From positions 1 to 48,317 of the forward strand of contig JBLIRO010000038.1 of NCBI GenBank assembly GCA_049472335.1: 48,317 nucleotides of DNA, written 5' to 3'. A program made the translations under genes and the position numbers. Shown here in pieces: positions 31,801 to 39,211 of the stretch (position 1 is its first letter; each line of letters starts with the position of its first letter). A model generated the notes under the pieces. The model searched no databases and was not told where the DNA came from. It worked only from the letters and a program-made list of their open reading frames with translations. This stretch comes from a bacterium. GTDB lineage: Bacteria; SZUA-182; DTGQ01; JAFGSM01.

Positions 31801-34800
31801 GGATTGTGCAGATTGATCCGAATATGGATCCAAACAGCGGTCCTCTGCTTACCTGGGAGCCAGAGAAATTTCCTACAAGGGAAGATTTTTTATGGATGCT
31901 TATCCAAGGGGAGAATAAAGAAGGCAATGTGCTGGTAAACGATATGACCGGAGTTGGCACCTATCAGGTAAAACCGGAAGATGGAAATATTTATTCCATA
32001 ATATGGGTCCCGGATGCAATCGTAGAAGATTATATTTCCTTACAAAAGGGATGGAACCTCATATCCTTGCCTTTAAATCCGGCAGATCCTAATCGTCAGG
32101 CCATTTTCCCGGAAGCAAAGGCTGTCTGGCATTTTGATCCTAATCTGCAGAAATACGCATATATAAAAGAAAATGATCACATGGTATACGGATTGGGTTA
32201 CTGGGTTTTATATCCGAAAAATAAGACTGTCCATGTAAGAGGTTCACTTTTAAATGAATTTTCTCTGGATTTGAAAAAGGGATGGAATATGATCGGTGCC
32301 TTGCATAAGCAGACATCTATCCTTGTAATCCCGGGGAACATTTCTGCCCTTTATAAGTTCGATCAGGTTTATACCTTGATGGAAAATCTGGAACATCCTG
32401 TTTTCGAACCAAAAATGGGATATTGGATCCTTCCAGGTGAAGAAAGTGTACTTTCTGCCAGTTTATTTTCTTCTTCCACAGGGATATCCGGAGACGGTGA
32501 ATCTTCCGTCGCAAGATTAAAAGAGGCATCCTCTCCTGAAATCCGGAAGGCATCTGTTTTTGCAATTGGTCAACAGAAGACCGATTATACGAATATCGAT
32601 AAAGTGACTTTGGGATTCTCAACCACACCGAAACGTGCACTATCACCGCCGCCTCCTCCAAGCACTACCATTTCTCTAAGCATTATCGATCATTCTTACA
32701 ATGCTTCATATGCGTACGATCTTCGCTTTATAGATTCCAATTCCCAGACCTGGACCCTTTGGTTACAAAAAACGGCCGTTTCAGACCCCGATTTCTATCC
32801 TTCACTGACATGGGAAATTCCTTCATCTACGGATGGGATATTCGAATTAAGAAAGGGTGACTCAGAATCAGGTGAAATACTGGTCAATGATATGAAGGCC
32901 ACCGGTTCCTATCAATTAAAGGAAGGAGATGGAGAGTTGTTCACCGTTTTATGGAGAACAAAATGTGTCCCGGAAATTTGTGATGGTATTGATAATGATT
33001 GTGACGGAGATGTGGATGAAGAAGACGCTATTGGATGCAAAACCTGTTACAGGGATGAAGATGGAGATGGTTACGGACTTGATGGAGACACACGCTGCCT
33101 GTGTGAACCAAACGGTTCCGGCTACTCTATCCAAGCAGGGGATTGTAACGATTCAGATCCTGACACCCACCCAGGAGCAACAGAATTATGCGATGGCAAG
33201 GATAATAACTGTGATGGAGTAATTACCAATGATGAGATCACTGATGCGGACAAGGATGGTGTTGTAGCGTGTAAAGACTATGATGATAATGATGTTACTG
33301 TTTATCCCGGTGCACCTGAATATTGTGATGGAAAAGACAATGATTGTGACGGTGAAATCGATGAAGTTGGGGCAACAGGCTGCACCACTTATCACAGAGA
33401 TATGGATCAAGACGGATATGGTGTTGATGGAGACATTATGTGTCTATGTGCCTCAGAAGATTTATATACCGCTATCCTGGGTGGAGACTGCGACGATAAT
33501 GATCCTTTAGTCTATCCAAAGCTGGTGAGTGTAGTCAGTGCTGAAGGCTATCCGGGAGAAACAGATGTAATGATTCCTATTACGATTAATGACGCGGTTG
33601 GCGTTGCCGGAGGAGACATAATACTGACTTACGACCCTAATGTCCTTACAGCACTTGATATAATAATTGCGCCTCTTATCCAGGATTTTCTAACTGATTA
33701 TTATATCATAGAGGCTGAGGGCAGGGTTGTAATTGCGATAGCTAATTCAACCGACATCGAATCCGGAAGCGGGACTATGGTGGAGATCATCTTCGATGTC
33801 TCGGAAGAGGCAGTCATCGGGACAAAGGTTCCCCTGGTGCTTGAGAAAGTCATACTGAACGGCGCGGATAGTAAGCCCTATTGCAGCCTTGGTATAAACG
33901 GTGAATTCAGGATCGTTGAAAGAGGTCATAAGGGGGATGTGAATCAGGATGGAGAGATTACCTCCGCGGATGTGATCCTAACTTTAAAGATGTCCGTAGG
34001 CTTAATCATTCCAACCGATTATCAAGTCTGGGCTGCTGATGTAAACGATGATAATGCGATAAATGCCGCTGATGCCATTTTGATCCTTAGGGCAGCCGTC
34101 ACCAGGGAGACCATTTTCTACCTGGCCCCTGATCATGGCTTGCCTGGCGAGACCGTAAAGATCATCGGCTGGAATTTCGGGGGAACTCAGGGTGATTCAA
34201 TGCTCTATTTCGGTGATACACCTGCCAACCCCATTTCCTGGAGGGACCATGAGATTGTAACCAAAGTGCCTCTGGATATTCCAGAAGGCACGGTTGATGT
34301 CTATTTGATCAATACATACGGTTATTCCTCTAATTTGCGTGAATTTACGGTTGGCACTTCAAATCAAAGGCTGAAAAGCCTGAATGCCAGATACAGGACC
34401 GCAGAGGATCCGAAAACGGTCCGCATCCCTGCCGGAATCATTGCAACACCTTGTAGTCAGGTGAACATCCCTGTGGAAACGGATGATGCCGAGGGTATTG
34501 CGGGTATGGATATTGAGCTGATTTTTGATCCTGGTGTTCTGTCGCCGGTAAAAGTGGAGAGAACGGCCTTGACCGATGGCTTCCTTCTTATATTCAAAGA
34601 TTCAGGTGATGGACGGCTCACGGTTTCATTGGCCAATGATTCGGGAATCATCGAAGGTTCAGGAGCCTTAATCAATGTTCTCTTTGAAGTGGCATCCGCT
34701 GCCAAAAACTCAGATTCAACCGGAATTACCATAAGCTATATAAATCTCTATGACGAAGGGGCAAACCCTCTTGAAGAGACCGTCTCCCGGGACGGTCAGG

Positions 34801-35279
34801 TCCTTATTAAAGGAGAGGATTCATATGAACCGGAACCAATCATCGAAAAACCTGGTAAACCCTCTGGTATTGGGTCACTCCCCTACTATTATCCTTACTA
34901 CTACTCTTCTGCCGGTTACTACTACTCTCCAGGCAACTTCTCCCTGCAAGCCGATTGGAGAAACATATTCGGAACATATGTGTCAGGGAACAGCTATAAT
35001 TATCCGTCAGGGAATCCTTACAACTATCCGTCGTGGAGTGTTTATAATTATCTATTGGGAAACGATTATAACTATCACGCAGGTAATGGTTATAATTATC
35101 CCTTAGGAAACGGGTATAATTATCCGTCAGTGAACCAGTACAATCATACTTACCAGGGCTCCCAGTATTTCCTGAATCCGGCCTTTTACCGGATGCAGAA
35201 CAACTATGAGTACAATCTTCTTACTGATTGGGATTATCAGACAGTCTATCCGGATGTTTCAAGGTTTATTCTATGGTAA
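25839..35279 (+). CDS. 3146-aa secreted surface protein: four right-handed beta-helix modules, MopE-like Cys/Asp repeats, 'GWN' domain, cohesin, dockerin, IPT/TIG, cohesin, Tyr/Asn-rich tail
   Basis: Signal peptide and GGGIYC..SSP.I.NC.I..N repeats. Modules end in DMGA(Y/C/D)E. CDGKDNDCDG repeats, cohesin-like GGDIILTYDPNVL and GMDIELIFDPGVL, and dockerin GDVNQDGEITSAD...ADVNDDNAINAAD. Confidence 0.9.
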   Translation: MKRDSIFRFILVFWLLFLFKVTIFNIPIIRAAEICVDINGNAPPDLNCYNKIQTAIDDAGTGDVIVVYQGTYKENIDFLGKAITVRSTEPDNSSVVSSTIIDGSQIGSVVTFNHGEVGSSVLNGLTIKNGRASTGGGIFCKSSSPTIVNCQIIYNSSTSFGGGIYCSSASPNIEKCNLYANSASFYGGGIYCYDSSPYIFRCEIGTESQGNSANSGGGIACAYYSSPIIENCYIQKNGGSNWGGGIYCSDSSPVFKKSVIRGNSSSSSSNGGGGIYCESSSLDMENCILSTNNSTKSSGGGLFVSDSSLSLKNCTLSRNSAKTSGGSIFCEDVSSLIIKNCIIWGNSPDEISGCTPTVSYSDIKAEDGTVHTGEGNINADPLFLYPEKENYYLLTDSPCIDAGTNTGAPETDINDKSRPLDGKGDSEYICDMGAYEFVPPQEYHVAPDGIDPMGTPCFESIQEAINATYNLDIIVVYPGVYKETINFSDKPITLRSTDPNDWDIVHATVIDGGQAARVICFDNGEGKYSVLQGLTLQNAKYYGIYCNYSSPSIEKCTIGKNNSSGIFSSWSSPNIKGCNLHNNNHGIYCDRSSPIIENCTIRNNNQNGIYCNFSSPTIKHCSINNNSNSGIYCNYSSPDIFQCTISLNSSQNGGGIYCNQNSSPNIKNCIINWNIASNGGGIHCINSSPEINHCTITENLAHSGGGIGCNDNSSPSITNSILWNNLPDEISGCTSAVSFSNIQIKEEEVYPGTGNINEDPLFADTKDGDFHLQSNSPCIDAGDPNSMLLEDLDAIQRPQDGDWNGESISDMGACEFWKKFCYRDSDMDGFGDPYDMEEAVDGICLDGYVENYLDCNDNNPDINPNALEIPGNYVDENCDGRILDPPAPISHPDPNIYVDPNGNAPAPCYETIQSAIDDADHGQVIIVMPGIYKENINFQGKAITLKGTDPNDPAIVSATIIDGNQVDRVITFNHGEGPYSVLKGLTIKNGKALNCGGIYCSHSSPSIEDCVITENASLLYGGGGIYCDTSSPVIKDCEIIKNSSASDGGGIYSFDSMLIIDNCSIKQNTSRFYGGGIFCTAGSIDIKNSLINSNSSLLGAGVYCRNSSLDITNCKITGNSVSSSGYGGGMCSHSSTVFFKSCLIETNSANNNGYGGGIYSAESSMMFENSTIKNNSGYYGGGIFYIGSRQNVASVFKSCSFTNNSASYSGGGIYCINARLNLEKCNIESNNAGNRFGGGIYCDSSLVNLSECKIRKNTANHYSMGTGGGIYCTNASTVSIGTSIISGNSATIGGGIYCIDASHSLENCIISTNSSKTNGGGIYCSNSSSNLSNCTMSRNSADTSGGGIFCNDDSSPVIKNCIIWGNSQDDISDCTPIVSYSDIFIEDGSVYPGIGNINQDPRFLYPEIENYYLLPFSPCIDTGDEEDAPDIDIAGKPRPLNGNGDGTALYDMGAYEFVPPEKYHVYPDESIQERIDEAYYFDIIIVSQGTYAENLDFKNKPITLMSEDPNDPNTINATVIDGGGIDNVVNFERGEREYSVLMGFTIQKPRVYGIYCKNSSSPRIENCIIKNSSDGIHCYTSSSPHVRNCYISNNSTGISCYNKSSPNIQDCSIMQNNSRGIYCNNSSPKIENCFIEDNRYEGIICTSYSSPYIHNCIISNNKNCGIYCTTTSSPSISNCQIKDNSGSGVYCSYSSPNITNSLILRNSSSYGGGIYCNRSSPTIIHCTVYDNSAFLGSGLYCENNSSPIIKGSIFWKNFPENEQISGTNCNVTVIYSDIQMMQGVYPGTGNINEDPLFRNPDEDDLHLQASSPCIEAGDPNCTITIDMDGEERPWDADRDGNAICDMGADEYKCVCYKDNDGDGYGDPNQFEEAIDCICSPGFVPNDQDSNDNDYNINPGVLEIPWNDKDDNCDGFIDTLPPLCRDSFLSFIRLVIGEEEYMISFGINEIIRREAPSLDDIPLSFRDQYNPIYYDYDVKDCQNYASYHWIVQIDPNMDPNSGPLLTWEPEKFPTREDFLWMLIQGENKEGNVLVNDMTGVGTYQVKPEDGNIYSIIWVPDAIVEDYISLQKGWNLISLPLNPADPNRQAIFPEAKAVWHFDPNLQKYAYIKENDHMVYGLGYWVLYPKNKTVHVRGSLLNEFSLDLKKGWNMIGALHKQTSILVIPGNISALYKFDQVYTLMENLEHPVFEPKMGYWILPGEESVLSASLFSSSTGISGDGESSVARLKEASSPEIRKASVFAIGQQKTDYTNIDKVTLGFSTTPKRALSPPPPPSTTISLSIIDHSYNASYAYDLRFIDSNSQTWTLWLQKTAVSDPDFYPSLTWEIPSSTDGIFELRKGDSESGEILVNDMKATGSYQLKEGDGELFTVLWRTKCVPEICDGIDNDCDGDVDEEDAIGCKTCYRDEDGDGYGLDGDTRCLCEPNGSGYSIQAGDCNDSDPDTHPGATELCDGKDNNCDGVITNDEITDADKDGVVACKDYDDNDVTVYPGAPEYCDGKDNDCDGEIDEVGATGCTTYHRDMDQDGYGVDGDIMCLCASEDLYTAILGGDCDDNDPLVYPKLVSVVSAEGYPGETDVMIPITINDAVGVAGGDIILTYDPNVLTALDIIIAPLIQDFLTDYYIIEAEGRVVIAIANSTDIESGSGTMVEIIFDVSEEAVIGTKVPLVLEKVILNGADSKPYCSLGINGEFRIVERGHKGDVNQDGEITSADVILTLKMSVGLIIPTDYQVWAADVNDDNAINAADAILILRAAVTRETIFYLAPDHGLPGETVKIIGWNFGGTQGDSMLYFGDTPANPISWRDHEIVTKVPLDIPEGTVDVYLINTYGYSSNLREFTVGTSNQRLKSLNARYRTAEDPKTVRIPAGIIATPCSQVNIPVETDDAEGIAGMDIELIFDPGVLSPVKVERTALTDGFLLIFKDSGDGRLTVSLANDSGIIEGSGALINVLFEVASAAKNSDSTGITISYINLYDEGANPLEETVSRDGQVLIKGEDSYEPEPIIEKPGKPSGIGSLPYYYPYYYSSAGYYYSPGNFSLQADWRNIFGTYVSGNSYNYPSGNPYNYPSWSVYNYLLGNDYNYHAGNGYNYPLGNGYNYPSVNQYNHTYQGSQYFLNPAFYRMQNNYEYNLLTDWDYQTVYPDVSRFILW
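34986..35153 (+). repeat. Seven 24-bp coding tandem repeats (GNxYNYPS-like)
   Basis: GNSYNYPS GNPYNYPS WSVYNYLL GNDYNYHA GNGYNYPL GNGYNYPS VNQYNHTY. Confidence 0.85.
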
Positions 35280-35535
35280 CCATGTTAAATGGCAACCATA
35301 TTATATGGTGAACATTTCATACCGTAGCATCTCAGGGGCCTATCGAAAGGATAGGCCCCTGAAACCATTACACAAAAAACCTTTATAAAGGATCTTTAAA
35401 AACAACAAAAAGTATCTCAAGAAAAACTTTGAAAAGGACTTCAAAAAGGACTACAAAAAAAGACCTCGAAGAGAATAAAAGTACATTGAATTTACTAATA
35501 GTATTGTCAAAATTTTTTTGAAAGGGGTGTGTGTT

Positions 35536-36543
35536 ATGAAAAGATATTTTAGCATGATCTTATGCTTGCTTTTTTTGATAATATTTCTAAGACCAATGAT
35601 AAATACTCTTTTTCCCTATAAAAAAGCCTTGAATAAAGAAGCCTTTGCTCAAACAGGTGAAACAGGGATGGAGGATGAAGATCCAAAAACAGTCAGTATT
35701 CCCGCTGAGATTCTGGCTGAGCCCTGCAAACCGTTGACCGTTCCCGTTGAAATAGATGAGGTGGCTGGTATAGCAGGCATGGATCTGGATTTAAGTTTTG
35801 ATCCTGAAATACTCATACCTGTTGATGTTCAGAGTACGGCCATGGCCGATGATTTTCTGATCGTGTTCGGAGACTCAGGGAATGGCCTGCTGAAGATTTC
35901 TATGGCCTATCATACGGGAATAGGTTCAGGGAGCGGTGCATTCATAAACCTCATATTCAATGTTTCACCCGATGTCGTCCTGCCCCCCGGATCGACTGAA
36001 ATAGCCATTGAAAAGGCCATATTATATAATGAAAACGCAGTTACCATAGAAAGTATGGTTTATGAAAACGGAGAGGTAATAATCCCGGGTATTGGGATGA
36101 ATCTCCCTAAGGGGTGGAGCATGATCTCACTGCCGGCCATTCCGGATGATCCTCAAGCCTCTGCTTTATTTCCCGGTGCGGTAGTGATTTATAAATACGA
36201 AAGGGACAGGGGGTATGCCCGTGTGACAGGAGAGGAATCCATGGAGATCGGCAGGGGATACTGGATAATGCTCAACGAGGGACAATACTTTCCGATTAAT
36301 GGTCAACGCATCCAATCCTATAACATTTCATTGTATGAGGACGGATGGGGTATGATTGGCGGATGCTCCTGCCCGGCCGGGGCTCAACTGCATAACGGCA
36401 AAATAAGTGTGATTTATAAGTATGCACAGGGGGCCGGGTATCAAAGGGTACCGGCATCAGGTCCTATGGAGCCTGGACAGGGGTTCTGGATACTCTGTCA
36501 GGATATTACAGGTGAAGCGGAACTGGAGGTTAAAGGGCAATAG
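35536..36543 (+). CDS. Small exported cohesin + 'GW-x-x-ISLP' domain protein (putative adaptor)
   Basis: Signal/anchor sequence. The cohesin is paralogous to the last cohesin of 25839-35279, and the C-terminal domain is paralogous to that of 3275-4645. ATG 35536 with an AGGGG RBS is preferred. Confidence 0.8.
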   Translation: MKRYFSMILCLLFLIIFLRPMINTLFPYKKALNKEAFAQTGETGMEDEDPKTVSIPAEILAEPCKPLTVPVEIDEVAGIAGMDLDLSFDPEILIPVDVQSTAMADDFLIVFGDSGNGLLKISMAYHTGIGSGSGAFINLIFNVSPDVVLPPGSTEIAIEKAILYNENAVTIESMVYENGEVIIPGIGMNLPKGWSMISLPAIPDDPQASALFPGAVVIYKYERDRGYARVTGEESMEIGRGYWIMLNEGQYFPINGQRIQSYNISLYEDGWGMIGGCSCPAGAQLHNGKISVIYKYAQGAGYQRVPASGPMEPGQGFWILCQDITGEAELEVKGQ

Positions 36544-36579
36544 TCCCTAGTGCTTGGACTCGCCCTTTTATAATACCTT

Positions 36580-37230
36580 TTATAATACTTTTATCATATA
36601 TTGGCTGACAATGAACCCTATCACAAATGAGATAAGCCCCAGAACAATCAGTGCTATATTGATAAATAAATGGTTCTTGTGGCTTTCCATGAGCGCGTGT
36701 TCGAATAGCTCCCGTAATTGCAGCGTCTCGGATTCCAATTGAGTCACGATTTTTTTTGCTATGGAATCCATTTCCTTCATAAGGGCGCCGACCTCTGGAT
36801 GACCGAAGGGTTCATCAATTGAAAAAATTTCGTTTACTGTGTTTTCAAATTGTAGGATTTCCTTTTCCATATCCGGAAATGAATTCTCGATCTCTCTTAA
36901 AGTTACCTGAAATTCCTTACATTGTTTCCTTTTTTCCTGATCGATCAAACCCTTTATATTTTCTTTTTTTGCCAGGAGATCATCATATTTGATTTTGTAT
37001 GTCTGTTTCTCCTCTTGATCTCCGAGTATAATATAATCATGAACCACCATGACGATATGCTCATAAGAGATCATTAAATCCTGAAGGTCCTTATGCAATG
37101 TAAAGGCAACCTTTGCCTCCTTTTGAGCGTTATAGACCCTTTCCAGGCCCTGCCATCCTAATGCCAGACAAGCACACATAAGGAAAAGAAAAATTACTGA
37201 GAGTATCAACATTTTCTTTTTTGCAGTCAT
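36580..37230 (-). CDS. Two-TM protein with a periplasmic four-helix sensor-like domain and no output domain (possibly a truncated receptor)
   Basis: TM, helical domain (VHDYIILGDQEEKQTY), TM, then an immediate stop. ATG 37230 has a GGAG RBS. Confidence 0.65.
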   Translation of the reverse strand: MTAKKKMLILSVIFLFLMCACLALGWQGLERVYNAQKEAKVAFTLHKDLQDLMISYEHIVMVVHDYIILGDQEEKQTYKIKYDDLLAKKENIKGLIDQEKRKQCKEFQVTLREIENSFPDMEKEILQFENTVNEIFSIDEPFGHPEVGALMKEMDSIAKKIVTQLESETLQLRELFEHALMESHKNHLFINIALIVLGLISFVIGFIVSQYMIKVL

Positions 37231-37312
37231 AATCTCCAATCTTTCATATTGTTATTAGACTTTTCAGTAAAACCTTTCAGGTCAGGCAAAAGTGCTTTTT
37301 ATCTTTCAAAAA

Positions 37313-37342
37313 AGTATAACCTAAACCGGATGAGAAAGTCAA
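37313..37342 (-). promoter_or_regulatory. Putative sigma70 promoter
   Basis: TTGACT-N18-TATACT upstream of ATG 37230. Confidence 0.4.
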
Positions 37343-37496
37343 AAAATCAGTTTCTCAAAAAAAATTCCGTTTTAATATTTGACATTCAATAAATTATATG
37401 TAAATATATTAATAGATTGTATTTAATATTCTATTTCGCAAATATCCAGGTATTTTAGAAGGTCCTACAATTTCATTTAAGAAACTAAATCATGCC

Positions 37497-39152
37497 ATGA
37501 GTATTTTCACTGTAGATAGTGATTCAAAACCCGCCTCTAAGGAATTAAGGCGAAAGATCGCAAGATTATCGGCCCTTTACGATATTTCAAGCGCGCTTAA
37601 TTCCATTATTGACAGGGACGATCTGCTAAAATTCATCTTGAAAAAAACCAAGGAATTGTTGAATGTCGAGGGCGCTTCTCTCATCTTATGGGACCAGAAG
37701 GAAAAAATGTTTTTTTTCCCATTAGTTGAGGAAGAATCGAAGGATGTGGAAAAAAGATTGAAACAGCTCAGGTTTCCCGCTGATTCGGGGATAGCGGGAT
37801 GGGTCTTCCGGGAGGGAAAGCCAGCCTTGGTAAATGATGTTAAGCGGGATAAACGTTTTTATAAAAAGGTTGATGAGCACACAATGGCAAATACAAAATC
37901 TATTTTATGTGTGCCCCTGCAGGGCATGAAAGGCAACCTGGGTGTAATAGAGGCTGTTAATAAAAAAAATGGTATATTCACGGAGGACGATCAACAGCTT
38001 TTGATCGCAATGGCGGACAATATTGCGACATCTATTGAAAAGGCCAATCTATATCATGATTTACAGAAGGCCGAGGCCTTTCTGAGACGTCAAAATGCTG
38101 AGTTGAAACTATCCTGTAAACAAAAATATAGTCTGGAAAATATCATCGGTAAAAGCGATGTCTTTATAGAGGTGCTCAAAAGGGCTGAACAGGTATCACT
38201 TACCGACTGTACTGTGTTGATATACGGAGAAACTGGTACCGGAAAGGAATTGGTTGCTCAGGCTATTCATAATAACAGCCCGCGCGCTTCAAGAAGTTTC
38301 GTGGCGATAAATTGCGGGGCGATCCCTGAGAATCTGTTGGAAAGCGAACTATTCGGGCATGAAAAAGGCGCTTTTACAACTGCCATGGGAAGAAGGATAG
38401 GCCGCTTTGAGGAGGCTAACGAAGGGACCCTCTTCCTGGATGAAATCGGCGATATGCCTTTGTCCTTACAGGTTAAATTATTAAGGGTGCTTCAGGAAGG
38501 CGTTATCCAGCGCCTGGGAAGTAATCAGGATATTATGATCGACGTTCGGGTGATTGCGGCCACCCACCAGGACCTGGAAAAGCTGGTAAACGAGGAAAAA
38601 TTCCGTCAGGACCTGTATTTCCGGTTGAAGGTTTTTGAACTGGAAATACCCCCATTGCGCAAGCGCAAAGAAGATATCCATCTTCTGATTGATCATTTCA
38701 TAAGATTGAACTCAAAAAAAACAGGCAAAAATATTTTGGGTGTTGACAATACCGCGCTCGATATCTTATCTAAATATAATTTCCCAGGTAATGTCAGAGA
38801 GCTGCAGCATGTGATAGAAAGGGCAGTGATACTGACGAAAAAAAACATGATAGGAATCGAATCCCTGCCAAAAGAGATACTAAGTCAAAGATCACCTTTT
38901 ACATTGTCAAATAACTGCGACGATATTTTTTATATCCCGAGAGACAATGTTGAATTGAAGTCTGTCAAGGCCAAAGCAAGAAAAAGTGCAGAAGAAAAGA
39001 TCGAGCGGCTGTTCATATCCAATCTGCTTTCCCAGACGCAGGGGAATGTCTCTGAAGCGGCCCGCCAGGCAAAGATGAACCGATCCTGGTTAGCCCAATT
39101 GATTAGTAAATACAAAATGGACCTGAGTGAATTTAGAAATAATGCTGATTAA
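37497..39152 (+). CDS. Sigma54-dependent enhancer-binding protein (GAF, AAA+, Fis-type HTH)
   Basis: GAF domain, GETGTGKE, ESELFGHEKGAFTTA, LFLDEIGD, FRQDLYFRL, FPGNVREL, GNVSEAARQAKMNR. Confidence 0.95.
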   Translation: MSIFTVDSDSKPASKELRRKIARLSALYDISSALNSIIDRDDLLKFILKKTKELLNVEGASLILWDQKEKMFFFPLVEEESKDVEKRLKQLRFPADSGIAGWVFREGKPALVNDVKRDKRFYKKVDEHTMANTKSILCVPLQGMKGNLGVIEAVNKKNGIFTEDDQQLLIAMADNIATSIEKANLYHDLQKAEAFLRRQNAELKLSCKQKYSLENIIGKSDVFIEVLKRAEQVSLTDCTVLIYGETGTGKELVAQAIHNNSPRASRSFVAINCGAIPENLLESELFGHEKGAFTTAMGRRIGRFEEANEGTLFLDEIGDMPLSLQVKLLRVLQEGVIQRLGSNQDIMIDVRVIAATHQDLEKLVNEEKFRQDLYFRLKVFELEIPPLRKRKEDIHLLIDHFIRLNSKKTGKNILGVDNTALDILSKYNFPGNVRELQHVIERAVILTKKNMIGIESLPKEILSQRSPFTLSNNCDDIFYIPRDNVELKSVKAKARKSAEEKIERLFISNLLSQTQGNVSEAARQAKMNRSWLAQLISKYKMDLSEFRNNAD

Positions 39153-39211
39153 TGTCGATGTTTTTCCCTATCACTGCCCGTGGCTCCATTCTTTTAACCA
39201 ATTGAAAAAAT

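Noticed and set aside
34986..35153. CRISPR array
   Set aside because: These are contiguous 24-bp in-frame coding repeats with no spacers.
25839..35279. Autotransporter/Pmp, or a true cellulosomal scaffoldin
   Set aside because: There is no C-terminal autotransporter barrel, and no CBM3 or glycoside hydrolase partner is recognisable in the window.
37256..37279. Third ECF promoter copy on the minus strand (TGAAAGG...GTCTA)
   Set aside because: The spacer is 12 nt rather than 16, and the -35 box has a mismatch.
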